Shown: piece after piece, positions 49,526 to 64,000 of the stretch
Position numbering within the stretch: the first letter of the stretch is position 1
How the letters are laid out: each line of letters begins with the position of its first letter
Source: Daphnia carinata
Taxonomy: Eukaryota
Assembly: GCF_022539665.2 (NCBI RefSeq)
Contig: NC_081333.1
Coordinates: forward strand, 11,160,001 to 11,224,000
DNA: 64,000 nt
Reading direction: 5' to 3'
Notes under the pieces: model-generated
The model's database searches: none
Told to the model about the DNA's origin: nothing
What the model saw: only the letters and a program-made list of their open reading frames with translations
Program-made: the position numbers and the translations under genes

Positions 49526-51357
49526 ATGATGAAAAATTTGGTACTAATCCAGATGGCCTTCGTGGCCATCTACAGTGCGTCGATACGAGATTCAATCACC
49601 TTCGACGGGCCGGAAGCTAGCCCGTGGTTGCGGGACCCACGAATTGTTTTAGACGATGGTGTTAGTGTCCCGCCCGCACTCCGTCTCAATCCCGAGAGCT
49701 ATCACCACTATGACGAAATGACTACGTTTCTGAGGGCCGTTCATGTTGCCTATCCCCAATTGACGTCACTGTATTCAATCGGCCAATCCGTCCAAGGTAA
49801 AACACACTGTCTGGCTGCATCCGGCCGCCATTTGGTTTTAAATATCATATGATCTACATTGCATATTTAATTCGCTTTGCAGGCAGAGAGTTGTGGGTAT
49901 TATTGATATCCACTACCCCTGCAGAAAGAACGATTCTCAAGCCAGAGGTGAAATACGTTGGCAATATCCATGGCAACGAGCCCGTAGGCCGCGAACTTCT
50001 CCTCCGCTTGATTCAGGTACCAGAGCAAACATAAGCCATGCATTTGTTAAAGCACCATCTCAATATTTCAAATCCAATTTGAACCCATACTTTTAGTATT
50101 TGCTGGTGAATTATCCAAAAGACGACTACGTCAGGTTTCTAATGGAAACGACGAACATTCACATAATGCCGTCGATGAATCCTGATGGATTTGAAGTATC
50201 ACGAGAGGGCGACTGTGGGGGCGTGCAAGGAAGGTGAGTGCCTTTTCAACCTGTGGGCGTTGATGACGTCATGTCAATCTCTAGTCTAACCCATTCATTG
50301 TTTTTGACTTTGTGATGCCCCTATTTTTAGATACAACGCCAACGGAAAGGATTTGAACCGAAACTTCCCAGACCTGTTCAGAGGAGGCAAAAACAATGGA
50401 GATCCGCAACCGGAAGCAAACGCCATCGCTCGATGGATGACTCAGAGGCAATTCGTCTTGTCGGCCGCTTTCCACGGCGGAGCTTTGGTGGCTTCCTATC
50501 CATTCGACAACAAGGAAGTGACATTGAATTTGCCCCATCTGAGCGGACGTTATCAACCGTCTTTGACGCCTGACGATGACACGTTCAGACATTTGGCTAC
50601 GACGTATTCGTTCAATCACCGAAAAATGCACTCGGCTGGCGCCTGTTTCCCAGGCGACTCCGTCTTCCCCAACGGAACGACCAACGGAGCCGCTTGGTAC
50701 TATTTGGCCGGCGGGATGCAAGACTACAACTACGTGTGGAACGGTGTCATGGAATTGACTTTGGAACTCGGCTGCTGCAAATATCCGAGGCGAGACCCTA
50801 CCTGAATATTGGGAAGATAATAAACAAGCCATGCTCAAATACTTGGGCGAGGCTCACCGCGGAGTTCGTGGCCAAGTGTTCGACTCACTCGGCAATCCCG
50901 TGCCCAATGCTAACGTCCGCATCAAAAGCCGAAATTTCGGTTTGAAAACGACTCCGCTAGGTGAATACTGGCGTATTCTAATGCCCGGTGTTTACACCCT
51001 CCAGGTATGTAATCATTTCAAATGTATGGTTTGGTCGTTGAAATTATATATTTGTTTCGTTTGTAAGGTCGAGGCTGATGGATTCGCCACGCACGAAGAG
51101 ACATTCCAGGTGGAGGACGGTAGACACACCCTTCTTAACGTGTCATTGCGACGAGGAGATAAGGTAATCGCAGCATGTTGACCTGCTAATTGACGTACAT
51201 AATGTTCAATGTTTTTGCATGTACATAGAATTCTGGATCCAATACATTCAATGATCGATTTCCATTGCCACAGCTTCAACCGTCTCAACCTCCTAGAAGA
51301 CAATCTGTGTTCTCGTCATTAAACAAATTTTTCGGCGCGTTTGGCCGTGCAAAATAA
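49526..51357 (+). CDS. Secreted M14B (N/E-type) metallocarboxypeptidase, CPM/CPD-like; apparent frameshift near 50788
   Basis: [82 protein letters not shown], transthyretin-like [10 protein letters not shown]. Confidence 0.93.
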
Positions 51358-52262
51358 GAATTTATTCGCCGCTAATGAGGCTTTTCATGTTTGATATTTT
51401 ATCCCACTGGATTTTTTGTTTTTAATTATAGTTCCTGTTGGTTAAAATTGAAAAGAGACTGTGAATTTGCTACCAACAATAACGAGAATAATGGGAAATA
51501 CACCTCTTTTTGTCTTCCAATTACGTGCGATGATACGATGTTTATTATTATAGTTTCTCGTTAGGTGACAGACCGATACGGTTCGACTGAATGCGCATCT
51601 CCAAAAAAAAAGTAGAAGAAAAGAGAAAACGGGCATAAAATGACCAACTGACGCCGTGAATGCTTGTATACACGACAAGTCATCACCCAAAATGATGAAA
51701 TTCGGGTTAGTAGACCGACACCAAAAAGAAGTAGCCGCGCTCTCTTTTAACACAAGCCAAGGGTACGTTAGCTGCGGTGTGGCTAATGGAGGTGACCACC
51801 AATAAGAAAAGAGGACTGCTACGATATACTACATATTCCTCCTCTCTTTTTTTTTTTTAGAGACACTTGGTGAAAGTTTCTTTCCCCTTCTTCTTTATTA
51901 TCTATTTCCCTCTTCCTCTTTAATCGTGGTTCTTTTTCTTTATAGATTTCTTCTCGCGGGAATATCTCACGCCCAGATGGAAAGAGCGCAAGAGAGAGAT
52001 AAGTAACAAAACAAAACAAAATAGACGCTGGTCCAGTCATTCGTGATCCGACAGTCACCGCGGCGGGTGCTCGTGTTTGCGTGCGCGGTAACACAGTCCC
52101 GGGACGAGGATGACCATGTGACCATCGGTTTCAAATTGTTTGATTTTTTTCATTTTGCTTCGAAGTTTGAGATCAGTTTTGGAAATACAAAAGTGTTGGG
52201 ATTTTAAGGTGGACGAATACTCTAGTGACACGTTATCGAATCAAAACAAAAATCAAAACATA

Positions 52263-53222
52263 ATGAATTATCGTGCGATTCTTTCAACAACAATTTTCGT
52301 TTTGTTTTCGTATTGCGGCTACTCGAGTGCGGCGGTCATTCCGCCCGAATGGGCTGACGTCCGTGTCAATCCGTGCGCCAAGGTTTCAACATATTTATCT
52401 GTTTCATTGAACACTCTTATATATCTATGCATCAAAAAATACTTCTAAGAAAAACAAATGGTTCTTACGAAATATAATTCTACCAGGAAGTCATAGTTTA
52501 CGTTTTCATGTCTAAAAACAACTTCCGATGACAAAGTTTGATGCTGTTATTTAACACGAATGTTTATCTTGAAATTTTCAAAGGCGTCGTGGCAATACTT
52601 GTTCTGGAAATCTGACGGGAAATGTTATCCGATATTCAAGCAAGGCTATCCATGTCCGGCTACGATGGAACTCGTTTTTGACTCTTCAACCAAAGAGGCC
52701 AAATGTCAATGTCCGTCTGGTCGGCTATATTGGGAAGAAGATGGTCGCTGCTACGAGCCTTTCACTCCAGGTTTTCAACTCTTCCCTCCATTTTTTTTGT
52801 TCTTCTTCTTGTCGAACATCATTTCATTGAAACTGACGTATTCGCGCATATTTTTGTTGTTGTTCAGGTCCGTGTCCCGAAGGCAGTTTCCTCCACCCGG
52901 GCCAAGAAGTCCAGTCACGCGGTATGCAGCGACCAGATCCACATCGCCGGACGCTTCATCAAGTGCAGGTCAGTTGGCCAAGTGTCCTTCAATATAAAAG
53001 ATGCTGGGGGATATTTTACGGGATTGTCCCTGTACACCGCGACAGTGTTTCCTATCTCTACTGATTCCACTGTATATATAACGAAAAGGTTTTCAAGAGG
53101 AAAGAGGCAAACCATCGAAAAATCGATCAGACATAAAGTAGGCCGTCTCTTACAATATTCCGTTATACTACTGATACTGTTCTCATTACAGAGTGTCCAC
53201 GGCGGGTACGGACTCTCTACTA

Positions 53223-53267
<45 letters not shown>

Positions 53268-55255
53268 GCCGGCTACTCTTTTTTTTTTTTCTTTGTTATT
53301 ATTTACATTTCCGAACAGTTAACCCACACGTTGATGGTGCGGAAAGTGTAGAACATCTGTCTTGCATTTTCTTTTCTTCATTCTAAAAGTTAGACTATTA
53401 TGGTCGGTCGTCACCAATGACACTTGTAGTCGACCATTTTCTTCTGTATTTGACCGACTTAACCTCAATTTAACAAGTCGAAAATTGTTTGCGCTCTAAC
53501 GGGCCATTTCAAACGGCAAGAAAAAAAAAACCAGAGCGGTCCAGCAAAAAGAAGCAGCAGCAGCACTCTGGTCAAGCAAGATAAACCCGTTCGCTCTCGT
53601 TTGATAGTCCCCAACAATATATATGTGTTTGCTTCAGGCTAAATTTGATTAGATCTACCGCAAAAGATCTGGGTTAAGAATATAACGTACTACGGTTGTA
53701 TGTTGATGCTGCTGGATATAGGTAAAATCGCATAACACTACTAATGCACACGTGATTGCGCTTTGATTTACAGGCATGGCTGGGTCAACAATACGAGCCC
53801 AGTAAAGTTGAACCACTTGGGTTCGTTCATTGCAAACAACGGGGCTACTGTCCGGCTAATTGGGGGTTTTGGCCCGCAACGGAACTTTGTTACCCATTTG
53901 ATAGCCAGGGACCTTGCCAGAGCGGCTCTCTCTTTCGCTGGAACGTCGTCAGTCAACAGGCGGAATGCGGGTGTCAGTCGGCAGTTATTTATCAAACGTC
54001 CACTAAGAACGATACTTTAGCTGGCAGTTCATGGCGCCCATTTTTTTGGCCGATAAGTGCCACCTGCCACGAGCACCACACCAATGGTATTTCTCATTTT
54101 CCCAACATTAAATTCAAACCTAAGGGATTTTCCTGTTGTTTAATGACATAGGTCCATGCAAGCTGGGCGAGGTCTTTGGTTACAATCAGACGGCCCAGAC
54201 CACACAGTGCTCATGTTCCAAACATCTGCCCAGCTATCACGCCGAATCAGGGCAATGCTTCGAAAAGTACACCCGAGGTCCCTGCAGTGTCGGCATGTGG
54301 CTAACTTCTCATCCGCAGGATCTGCCGCAATATTCGATGCCGGCATCTGTCCGGCCGACTCAATCAACTCGTTCGAAGGGCTCGAAAACGCGAAAGTATT
54401 CCAACACGCAACCGGTAGCCAACAATCGCCGGAATTCCATCAAACAGAGCCTGTCTTGTTACTGTCTCCCTGGATTTGTCTATAGCGAGGAAGATGATCA
54501 ATGCTTCCGGGAATATACTCAAGGCCCTTGCAGATCCGGATACTTTTTCATCCGAAGCGATGAGGACGACATTAAATCACCTGGCCTTTGCTGGAAGAAT
54601 CCGTGTGGCCGACAAGAACTCTACTTGCCGGAATCTCAGCGTTGCTATACCATCCACACACAAGGGTTTGATTCTAAGAAGTTTCTGTTATTATTATTTT
54701 GAGTTCCATGGCAGACCATTTAAATTGATTGTTTTATCTTACTTTTTTAAATGAAGGCCATGCTTGGATGGGCAAATTATTTTGGCGGACGATGCCCACG
54801 GCATTGGTTACCGAGGTCGGTGCGGATGCTCAACCACTAACCTTCAGCATTATTGGCCGGCTGACGGGAAATGCTACGCTCATGAAACGACGGGACCGTG
54901 CGATGGTGATCTACTTTTCAGTCTGCGATCCGGTGATGGATTGACACCTGCTTGTGCCTGTCCAGAGGACTACGTTAATTACAACGGCACAACAAACTGT
55001 TACAAACCTTTCAGCCAAGGCCCTTGCCAATGGAATGAGTGGCTAGTGCCCGCAGCCGCCGCATCTGGAGTTGGAACTAATGACGTTGGTTCCATCAACG
55101 ATAACCGCTTGGATTTAGAACCGTATGTGTGCCAGTGCAAACCTGGCTACGAATATCAGACGGGATCGACTTATTGCCAACCGCCCAGTTTGGAATTGTT
55201 GTTTTCGTTGCCAAAAGCCAAAAATGGGCCATCTCGTCGATTTAAACGAGAATGA
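52263..55255 (+). CDS. Secreted Cys-rich repeat protein (DUF4789-like modules)
   Basis: Signal peptide MNYRAILSTTIFVLFSYCGYSSA; repeated W..DG.CY....QGPC...C.C units over six exons. Confidence 0.8.
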
Positions 55256-55365
55256 AACGGTGGAATGTGTATCGGTTAATTCTTTGGACAATTTGCGTAA
55301 GGCCGTCAACACAACCCAAGTACGCATCAAGGGAAAAAAAAAAGACTTAAACAAAACAAATTGAA

Positions 55366-58300
55366 TCAATCACCAAGTTTCGAATCTCGTTCCGCTTCTT
55401 CGACATTCTGCAATCCGGCACTATAATGTAGGAGGAGGAGGACGAGAGCCTGACGCCTTGCTTCGCATAATTCCGCTTCTTTCTCCAGTTTCTGTTTTTC
55501 GTCGCCGGACCAAGGAGTTCCATCGGGTCGATCCAAACGAGCGGCCAACTCGTAACGACGGAGGATTTCCATTTCGGTTGCCGATTCCAGTCTCTGAAGC
55601 TAAAAATCGAAATGAAATTAAAAAGACAATGAAAATGTTATTAGTTCGCGATATTTTGAGCTGTGCGTGTGACACGGCCCGCTCGACGACTGAACGGACC
55701 ATTGAAGAGATTCTGTTTCGGCGCTGGCCACTGTTTAAATGACTGTAAATTTCCTTGCCGGAATCCTTGGCCAGGCGCATTAGCGACTCGTCGTGTTCGC
55801 GCGACTGCAACCGGTCGACGGCCGACTCCAATTCCACAAGTTCGTCGACATCCTCTTCCGTAGATAGAAACGGATTCTCTTCCGGATCGACCTGATGAAA
55901 GTTGTGTACAAAAACAAAATAAAATTTACCTTTAAATAGTCTACCTTGAGAAACGATCGTTATATATTGTTTAATAAATAATGAGTGGAAACCTTGGGCG
56001 TATCTATCGCGATCGGCATGGTGGGAAGAAAGAAATCATCAATACCACACCACTTCCGGTCAGGAAAACGCTTGATACATTTCTTGTGGCAAACCAGTTC
56101 GCAATTGCCACACTTGAATGCTTCCCTCAACCAAATCTGTACGTAAAAAAAAAAAAATATAAGATAGAAAACTATAGGCGGTGCAAAGATACCTTCAAGG
56201 TGAAATAAAAAGCAAACCTTTTTCCGGCAGAAATCGCACAGGCGGACATTAATAAATTGCGTAAGGACGAAATGGTGCATTGGCATTGAGTCGTTGACCA
56301 TAATGTCAACAGCAGGTCGGGCCATTTCAACAAGTGGTGATAGCAGATGATGTGCTGTCAGGTGAGTTAAAGGGGAAAGCGGATATGGAATGCCATCAAC
56401 GATGTCCGAATCCAAGTCAGGCGATGGTAAATCTTCGTCTTTATCCGGACGATAGACAAACGACAACGAAATGTCACCATAGCAGAGACGGGGATCAAAA
56501 CCCAACTGATGGCTAGACGGACTCTGGCGGCTATTAGTGGAATAGATAAAAGATGGCGAACGGGCCATTAAAAACATTTGTTAATAAATTTTATACCCTA
56601 AATTCGCCTTGACATCAGCCGGATACAGCTGATAGGTGGAGATGTGATGACCCTGTGTATTGAGATGACAATCGGCCGCAACTTCCGGGAGGCAAATATT
56701 TACGTAGCCAATTGGAACGTCTTTCGACTGCTCTTTAGTTCCAGTAGACCCTTTGCTTTCCACTTGATGAAGCGGTGAATGTTTTTTGAACAAATTGCTC
56801 AAATTGGACTTGGCAACGGACGATTTACTCGGGCTAGTCGTTGTCGATGATGAAGGCTTGCCGCTGCTATTCTTGCCGGTCGTCGTTTCGTCGACCGCGG
56901 GAACACCCGTCAACCAGATGGATAAGTTAAGGAAGCGGTGCTGGCCAGCTGGCGCTACGTGAAATTTTAAAGTGTCACCCAAATGAATCACCTAACCACA
57001 TAAGAACACAGCGTGAGCACAACATCAATTTGGCAATAACAATTTGCCATTTCCCTGAACCAATTATCGGTTACTTTCAAAGACCCTTCGCAATTTCAAC
57101 GGGTTACCTTTTCTAGAGGACGGGTAGCAGTTCGTTTAATATCCAATGCTTGATTGAGTTTATTAATGGATGGCAGATTATTAGTGGGAAGGAAAAGATG
57201 TGATCCGGCCTCATCCCATAAAGACGCAGCAAGAGCACTTGCCTGGGATTTTTCGTCGAAGCCATCTAGGAAATGAGAGCATTACTTCTGATATTCGTGG
57301 AATTCTCTTGATTAAGTTAATGGATACCGAAAGTCATTGACGGCGTCGTCGTATCGAAGCGCATCTGCAACAAAGAATAATAATAAAGAAAGAGACCCAA
57401 AAAAAACTTAGATGTCACACCATCTATTTCTGGCTGATTGATGCGTTACCATGGAACCTCTCCTGCGTGCGAGTAGTCGATCAACTCGCAGAATGACAAA
57501 GAGATCACTGGATTTGTGAACAGCTTTGATGACGTCTTCGCCTGAGCGGACGGTAGTCTCATCAACTTGCAAGATAATATCGCCGATCTTGAGCCCTGCT
57601 TCTTCAGCCACAGATTCGGATTCTATTTCTAACACTGGCGCTCCATGGTTGGCCGGTTTCCACTCTTTACCAGTTTCTTCTAATGGCGAAGACTCTGGCT
57701 GTCAACAAATAAAGAAATTAAGTAATTTGAGGCTGCCATTTTTAATACAGGCAACTGAAGCTAAATGAATTTTTACCGAGGACGATTGTTGTTGAAATTG
57801 AATGCCTAAAGACTGATGTAGGCGACGAATCATGCGGATGTCAAGGACTACTCTCCCTTCTGTCTCCGACGGGGAAGCATTGAGCCAGGGACTGCTGTCT
57901 GTTGTCACGGAAAACAAAAACAAGTTGCCATGTTAAAATGAAAAAATGTTCCTCGGGAAAAACAAAACAAACATGATCCAATCAAAACGTGCCTAGCGCC
58001 ATGGTACAGTAAACTCCTTCCCCTTGGAGCAAGGGATTCAGACGGGCTATATCCAATGCAGTGACTTCTAGGGAGCCTCTGCGAATCGGTGAAGTCGTAG
58101 GAGGCGGAGGAGTCTGTGAGGAACTTGTGGGAAGGAGGAGCTGGTTCGGATGTGGGAAAAACGGTCGATGACGCATTCGGCTAGATGGTAGGGTGTATTT
58201 CCTTTGAATCCATTTATGAATCTGTTTTACAACGCCGGAAATTTCATAAGAAGACGTTACGTGCATGCCACAGATTGATTTATTCCACCACTGGACGTAC

Positions 58301-59598
58301 CTGCGATGAGACTAGGCTTGTTACATGGCTAAAAGATCTTCCTTGAACCCTGGATGTCACATCAACATCCAGCTGTGGTGGCATCGCAAAAGCCACAGAC
58401 CAGTGCGAATACGGTCTCCGTGAGAAACTTAATCTGACTTGGCCTTTTAGACGAGACACTGCGTCATCCACATAATAATGAATACATATGTTGTGTCCTC
58501 TTTTTTATTAAGTACTGCGTACGTGCAATCTATGAACATTAATACCTTTAGCCGAAAGGAAAGCAGATTTGCCGTAGGCCAAGGTTACATCGATCGCTAT
58601 ACCCAGTCCTCCACTATAGTCAATGGTGAGATCGAAATCCACCGACTCCATTTGTTTTCGGTCGTCATCCATACCGACCCTGTGGACACCGATTTGATGA
58701 ATGGACGGTGCTCTTGACCCCATTTCGATGTCGTAAATCTTTGGATGAAAAAGTACAAGGAGAATGAGAAAAACGTTGTCTTTGTGGCTTTTGAAGAACT
58801 CGACGCATACCTTAAGCCCTTTAATGATTTTGCTAACGGCTCCTCTGGTCAGGACTTCCTCCATCTCTTGGTTGATCCGCCGGAGTAGGAAACGTCGGAC
58901 GGGCCCCTGGGATCGCAATTCGCGGAAGAAGAACTGCACCAGTAAATTGACGGCCAATAATGTTTCATCTTTATTGCAGGAACCGACGGAATCGGCGTTG
59001 CTCGTCCGATCGACAAGTGCCTCCAGTTCCGCCAACAGTTCCTGGAATGATTAAATATTGTACAGAATATGTTGTAAGTTGAGCAGTGATCGATCGAGTT
59101 ATTGAAATGCCATCGAATTTCTCCGTTTGTCAAGCATGTGTTATGCCAATAACAAAATGTAGGTTGATGGACCCATAGCATCAAAACATGTTCTTGTTTG
59201 CAGTCACGATATCTCAATATCACGATCTAATTTTGATACGAAAGTCAGCTTTCGAGTTCCACTTACTCTGAAGCATTACAAAAATTAATAATCAACGAGC
59301 TTAAACAAAGAAGAAAACTAGGCGCAAGTTCGTTATGTGACAGGACGACGTTACATGTGAAAGTCGAAGAGTGTAACAAAAACACTGCACTACGCTGCAA
59401 ACGATTAGGTTGTACATAGAACAATGGTACCTCTGGGAGCTCGATGGGATTGTTAGCTTCAATCCGTACTTCGTCATCATCATGGGCAAGTCGATGAGAC
59501 CGGACTGGTTGAGAAAAAAGGTGCCACTCGACCCACAGAGTTAAAATCGCGCCGAGCAAGATGCAGACGGCGGCCGTCGCGATGAGCCAAATCACCAT
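55366..59598 (-). CDS. PDZD8: PDZ domain-containing protein 8 (TM, SMP, PDZ, C1, coiled coil)
   Basis: N-terminal TM; AVNLLVQFFFRELR; RLKGQVRLSFSRRPYSHWS; PDZ AEEAGLKIGDIILQVD; C1 HHFVLTQF...CDFCRKKIWLREAFKCGNCELVCHKKC; LLLHYSAGLQ. Confidence 0.93.
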
Positions 59599-60630
59599 AA
59601 TTTCACCGTTCCTGATGGAAAACTCAGAGCACCAGTCGGTAATTAGCACCTCAGGTAACCAAAAAAAAGCAAACAATCAGTCGGGAAGACCAAGTTTGCT
59701 TGATGGCATGGCGCACAAAACTTTTGACAGCGCGACTGGAATCGTTGCTGCAACTAGACTAAATTGAGGCCAGCGCCAACCGAGTGCTAGCAGACGACAA
59801 CACAACGGATTGTGCGTGGCTTCGCATGCGCCGTGACGTCAGTAAACCGTGTCGTAGAAATCGATTCTTCAGCGCACCCTCTTTTTCCTCAGTCAACTTC
59901 CTCCCTATCCCCTTCCTCGCTGGTTTCCGTTTCAGGTCGAGGGGGAAGCCCGTGGCTATACCACCAATCAATTCCTATGCACAGTGGTTAATGCATCCAC
60001 ATAGCGGGGACAGCAACATTTGATTTCGAAATTTCGATGGGCAGGCCAAGTGCTTCTAATTTTGTCTGAGTCAATACTGTCCAGGCAACGAAAAGATTCA
60101 CAGTTTGTTTGGCCAGCAGCAGCAATCGGTGATGGCAGCTGTCGTCGTCACAGTTCGTCGAGATTGGCGCTGCTGGATCGCGAAGGTGATAAACGTACAC
60201 TGGACAAGCTAATAAACACACATTCGACGCGAAATCAGTCGGTTGAATCTTAATTTAGAACATCAACCTTTCCTACTTGGAATTCAGGGCAACAGACAGC
60301 GTCCGATGCGGGTTTGTTTCCCAGAGACTTGTTTGTTTGTGCTATCGCAGACGATCTATGTGGGGATTATAAACGCCTTAGCTCCTTTCTAGGTAAAGCC
60401 TACGAAGTACCTCGGCTACGTCCTCACCTGCCATATAAAGAAAGCTGAAAGGTTAATCACAGATGTACTGCATTGAAACACGCAATTTAGAACTTGCAGA
60501 AAATTGATTTTGAAATTTGTTGATTATGACTTCGGACGTAGCTTATCAGGTAAGTGTCTGTTGTTTGATGTAGAACGCTTGCTCGACACGTTGGTATCGG
60601 AATAGTCGGGGCTACCACGATTAATGTTTC

Positions 60631-63351
60631 TCAGCATCGCTCAAATACTTTGTAGAGATCAGGAAGGTCGGCAATCTGTAAGATGGTGCCGTCATTTATC
60701 CATGTTTTGGGAGGAAGTAATGAAGCTTTTATGGCAGGATAGAGAACATGCTCCACCGTCCACTTCCAGTCTTTATCTGAACCAACGTTGAGGACCTAGA
60801 GTGTGTTGACGAAAACCTTTTGTTAAGAAAACGGCTTGAGGCTGCAATAACCTATAGAAAATCTTACTTTATGGTCGTTGGGTTTTCGGTAGAATCGAGC
60901 CATGACTCGACAGATGGTATCAAAGCAATCTTTTTCCACGTTCCACTCAACATCAGACGCCAGTCGCAAAACAAAAGATGGAAATTGAGTAAGGTCCGGA
61001 ATATAATCCACTACATCAAAACGCAAATTTAGTGGCGACATGCTAGAACGGTGAATAACTGCTAAAACTGTTACCCAGAAGTAATGGTATGGCAACAAGG
61101 TGTCGTTTTTCGTTAATTTGCAGGCTAAAATAATCATCTAGCATCTCCGATTTGGAAAACAAAAGCTGACTCGCCAGATTCGCCAGGTGGTCCTTCGGTC
61201 CGTCATCTGGATGCCATGCATTCTCTTCCTGGTCCAACGCCATTAGGGCAAGATTGTACAACGGAGGAGGATCCTACAAGAATAAAATAACAAAAAATAA
61301 TTTCACTCAATGAGGAACAATATTGTCGCATCTATATATAGCGTTTGCTACCGATAGACAAATAACACCGCAATTGCCAAATTCATCAAGAAATCTCTGA
61401 TAAAAGAATTCCTCTGCAACTCTTTCCATGTGAAATATGTAGAGACGCGTTCCATATTGAATGAGGCAATGCTTCTCACTCACGCAACCGACGAATATTG
61501 AATCTTTAAAAGTATCACGCAACACTTGATCGGTATTTTTCTTTACATCTTCACGCAACTGGGTGAGACTGGTAAGTTCAAACTGGCGTCTTTCGACGAT
61601 TCCCTGTGCAGCTGCATGCAAAAGAAAAATACACAAGACATTACTATACGTAACGCTACATGGAAAAGAATTATTACTTGAGCCGCGATGTCTCATTGTA
61701 CTATCGCTGCAATCTGGAACTCCTTGAATTTCTCTTTCAGCTTCCGAAGGTATACGTTTTTCAGTTTCTTTCTGCTGGAAACCTGCGGCGACAGGCTCCT
61801 CAAAGGACTCCATAGAAGTTTGATTGATAAAATTACATTCACTTGATGACGACAATGGCATCGACTCCATGGTTGTTGACAGAAATTTATCGATTTTCTG
61901 ATCACGGCTGTCGGTTCTAACAAGTTGCTTGTCGTAAACTTTGGCACCGGCAACTTTACTATGCTGTTTGTCAAGGAAACTAATCGGCGGAATGACAGTC
62001 TGTCGGCACGAAAGGCTGAAAATGAATAATCCAACGCGTTTTGTTTATAATGAAATAATAGCTATTGTTTACCTGTACAGCAAAACTTCTCGACGTACTA
62101 GCAGCTTTCAGCAACATATCTGCTGACGACTGAATCTTATGTATTATGGCATCTTCGTTCAGGAAATGCACCTCGTGCTTGGTGGGATGAACATTAACGT
62201 CGACGCAATTGGGAGCAATTTCTATGCTCAAATAAACGAAAGGGTGTTTTCCTTTAGCGAGATAAGTTGCATAGACGCTATCCAGTGCTCTCTTTACAAA
62301 AAAAATAAATAAATGAATAAAAAAAGGCAAGTAAAATAATAATAATTGACATTAAAGTACAACCAGACTTATACATAACGAGAAAATTCTTAGTTCACCT
62401 TCAGCGGCGTAGATTCCACAAGGCGGTGGTTTATGAATAACAGTATGGTGAATTTCGTTCCGGAATAGTCAACATTGGATATCAGGCCGTTTACTTGGGT
62501 TATTTGAAACAAAATTGTTACTTATGCCATTACATTCTCCCCAATCAAACAGGGTTACCTTTAACTTTAAGACTTGGGTCTTCTACTTGAAGTTTAATTA
62601 AATCTTTAGCCACAGCATGTCCGTAGAGAATTCTGATGTTATCTTCTTGTGTTGAATTTGGAGATGTCCTCACATCTGACCCATTATCATTTAACTTCTT
62701 TAGGCTGAATCCAACTGAAGCATTGTGCACAGCAAATCGAGTGACAACTTCTATAATTCTGTTATGCTCCTCTGAAGGAGATCTCAGAGAATTCTTTCGA
62801 GTAGGAACATTATAAAAAAGGTCTTCTACCACTATTTGAGTACCCTGTATGAAAAAATTCTACCTGTAGTGTCGGCATCAGTAGGTTGGTAACACAGAAA
62901 TTACCTGTGTTCCTGCACACGGTTTGGGTGCTCCAACAAGCTTTCCATCATGATAGGAACATTTGTAAGCACATTGCATTTCACTGGTTTTGGTTATGAT
63001 TGTCAAATGGGCAACATGTGAGATAGACGCCAATGCTTCCCCTCGAAACCCAAAAGTACCAATGGCATTCAGGTCTTCAAATTTTTGCAGTTTACTAGTA
63101 GTGAAACGTTCGCATACAATCGCAAAATCTTCCTTATTGATTCCACTTCCATTATCTTGAATCTTCAATAGTTTCAGACCACCGTCTTTCACGGTCACTT
63201 GAATCGATGTAGAACCCGCATCCAAACAATTCTCCAACATTTCCTTGAGGGCATTTGCAGGTCGTTGAATAATTTCTCCAGCCGCAATTCGATTGACAAC
63301 AGTCTCATCTAATTTTAAGATATTCTTGGGCCTTTTGTTTGATTTTTCCAT
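60631..63351 (-). CDS. MLH1: DNA mismatch repair protein MLH1
   Basis: [58 protein letters not shown], terminal LYKVFERC*. Confidence 0.97.
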
Positions 63352-64000
63352 TTTTAAGCGGGAACAGAGTGTTAATTCAGTCAAACCCTGATCAAACCAC
63401 AAAACAGGTTTTTGTATTTTTTTTTTCAAGCAAGCTATTGCGCTGTTGCCGGCTAAGCTTTACGCGCTAGCAATAACAAGATCCGGCAACGCAAGCAAAC
63501 CTGATGATTACCCTTAGGCTATGTCAAAGGCTGACAAAGTTGAATGCCCTGATAAATTTGTAAAAACAATTATTTAAAATTATATTGTACCATGAATTCC
63601 GCTAGCAATTTTCGCTAGCAGAGCCGAGTGAATTACAGTTCTTGTGGGCTTTTGCGACATCATAGAAAATTCTGACCTATTATCATGAGTGAGACCAACA
63701 AAAAGATGCAGCTAGAGCTGCTCATGGAAAAGCTAAGGCACAAAACAAGCCACCTAAATTTAACAGATAGCGCCAAAACTTTTCGAATGACAATATTGGT
63801 AATCAGAAGTTTAATGCATACTATGCTTAAGATTTGTTAATCATTCTGGGTTACAGGAAAAACGCTATAACAATGATACAGTGGAAAAATTACAGTACCA
63901 AAAATGTCTCGATCTGTTGCAAACCAACATGAAAGTCACCTCATTGCAGTCAATGCTTGAAAGGCTGGAAAGCATATCTAGACAAGCAGGGTAAAAGACC

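Overview
This window is eukaryotic, gene-dense and has short GT-AG introns. It is most likely a branchiopod crustacean such as Daphnia (inferred from intron size, composition and gene content). The housekeeping genes in order are DPP3 (-, 3' end outside the window), TRMT1 (+), a LysM-TM gene (-), TYW3 (-), PIAS (+), a TPAK-repeat/CCHC zinc-knuckle gene (+), RpL27A (+, with two intronic H/ACA snoRNA candidates), UVSSA (-), SCOC (+), an M14B carboxypeptidase (+), a secreted Cys-rich DUF4789-like gene (+), PDZD8 (-) and MLH1 (-). Two regions stand out. (1) At 5.9-14.4 kb, five paralogous variable 5' coding units (signal peptide, Gly/Tyr or Ser/Tyr tract, CC, hydrophobic segment, basic cluster) face only two DM4/DM12-like 3' modules. 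Four units end in phase-1 donors that fit one shared exon, which suggests a protocadherin/UGT1A-like variable-exon locus. (2) At 32.0-45.9 kb is a nest of TA-flanked TIR elements that includes a ~5 kb palindrome. Their diverged members repeatedly carry the same ordered cassette: tRNA-like motifs, an A-rich spacer, a ~360-nt covarying multi-hairpin element ending at an ATG, and a decayed ORF. This cassette is the best candidate for an undescribed system. Coordinates were read by eye, and no folding, alignment or database search was run.
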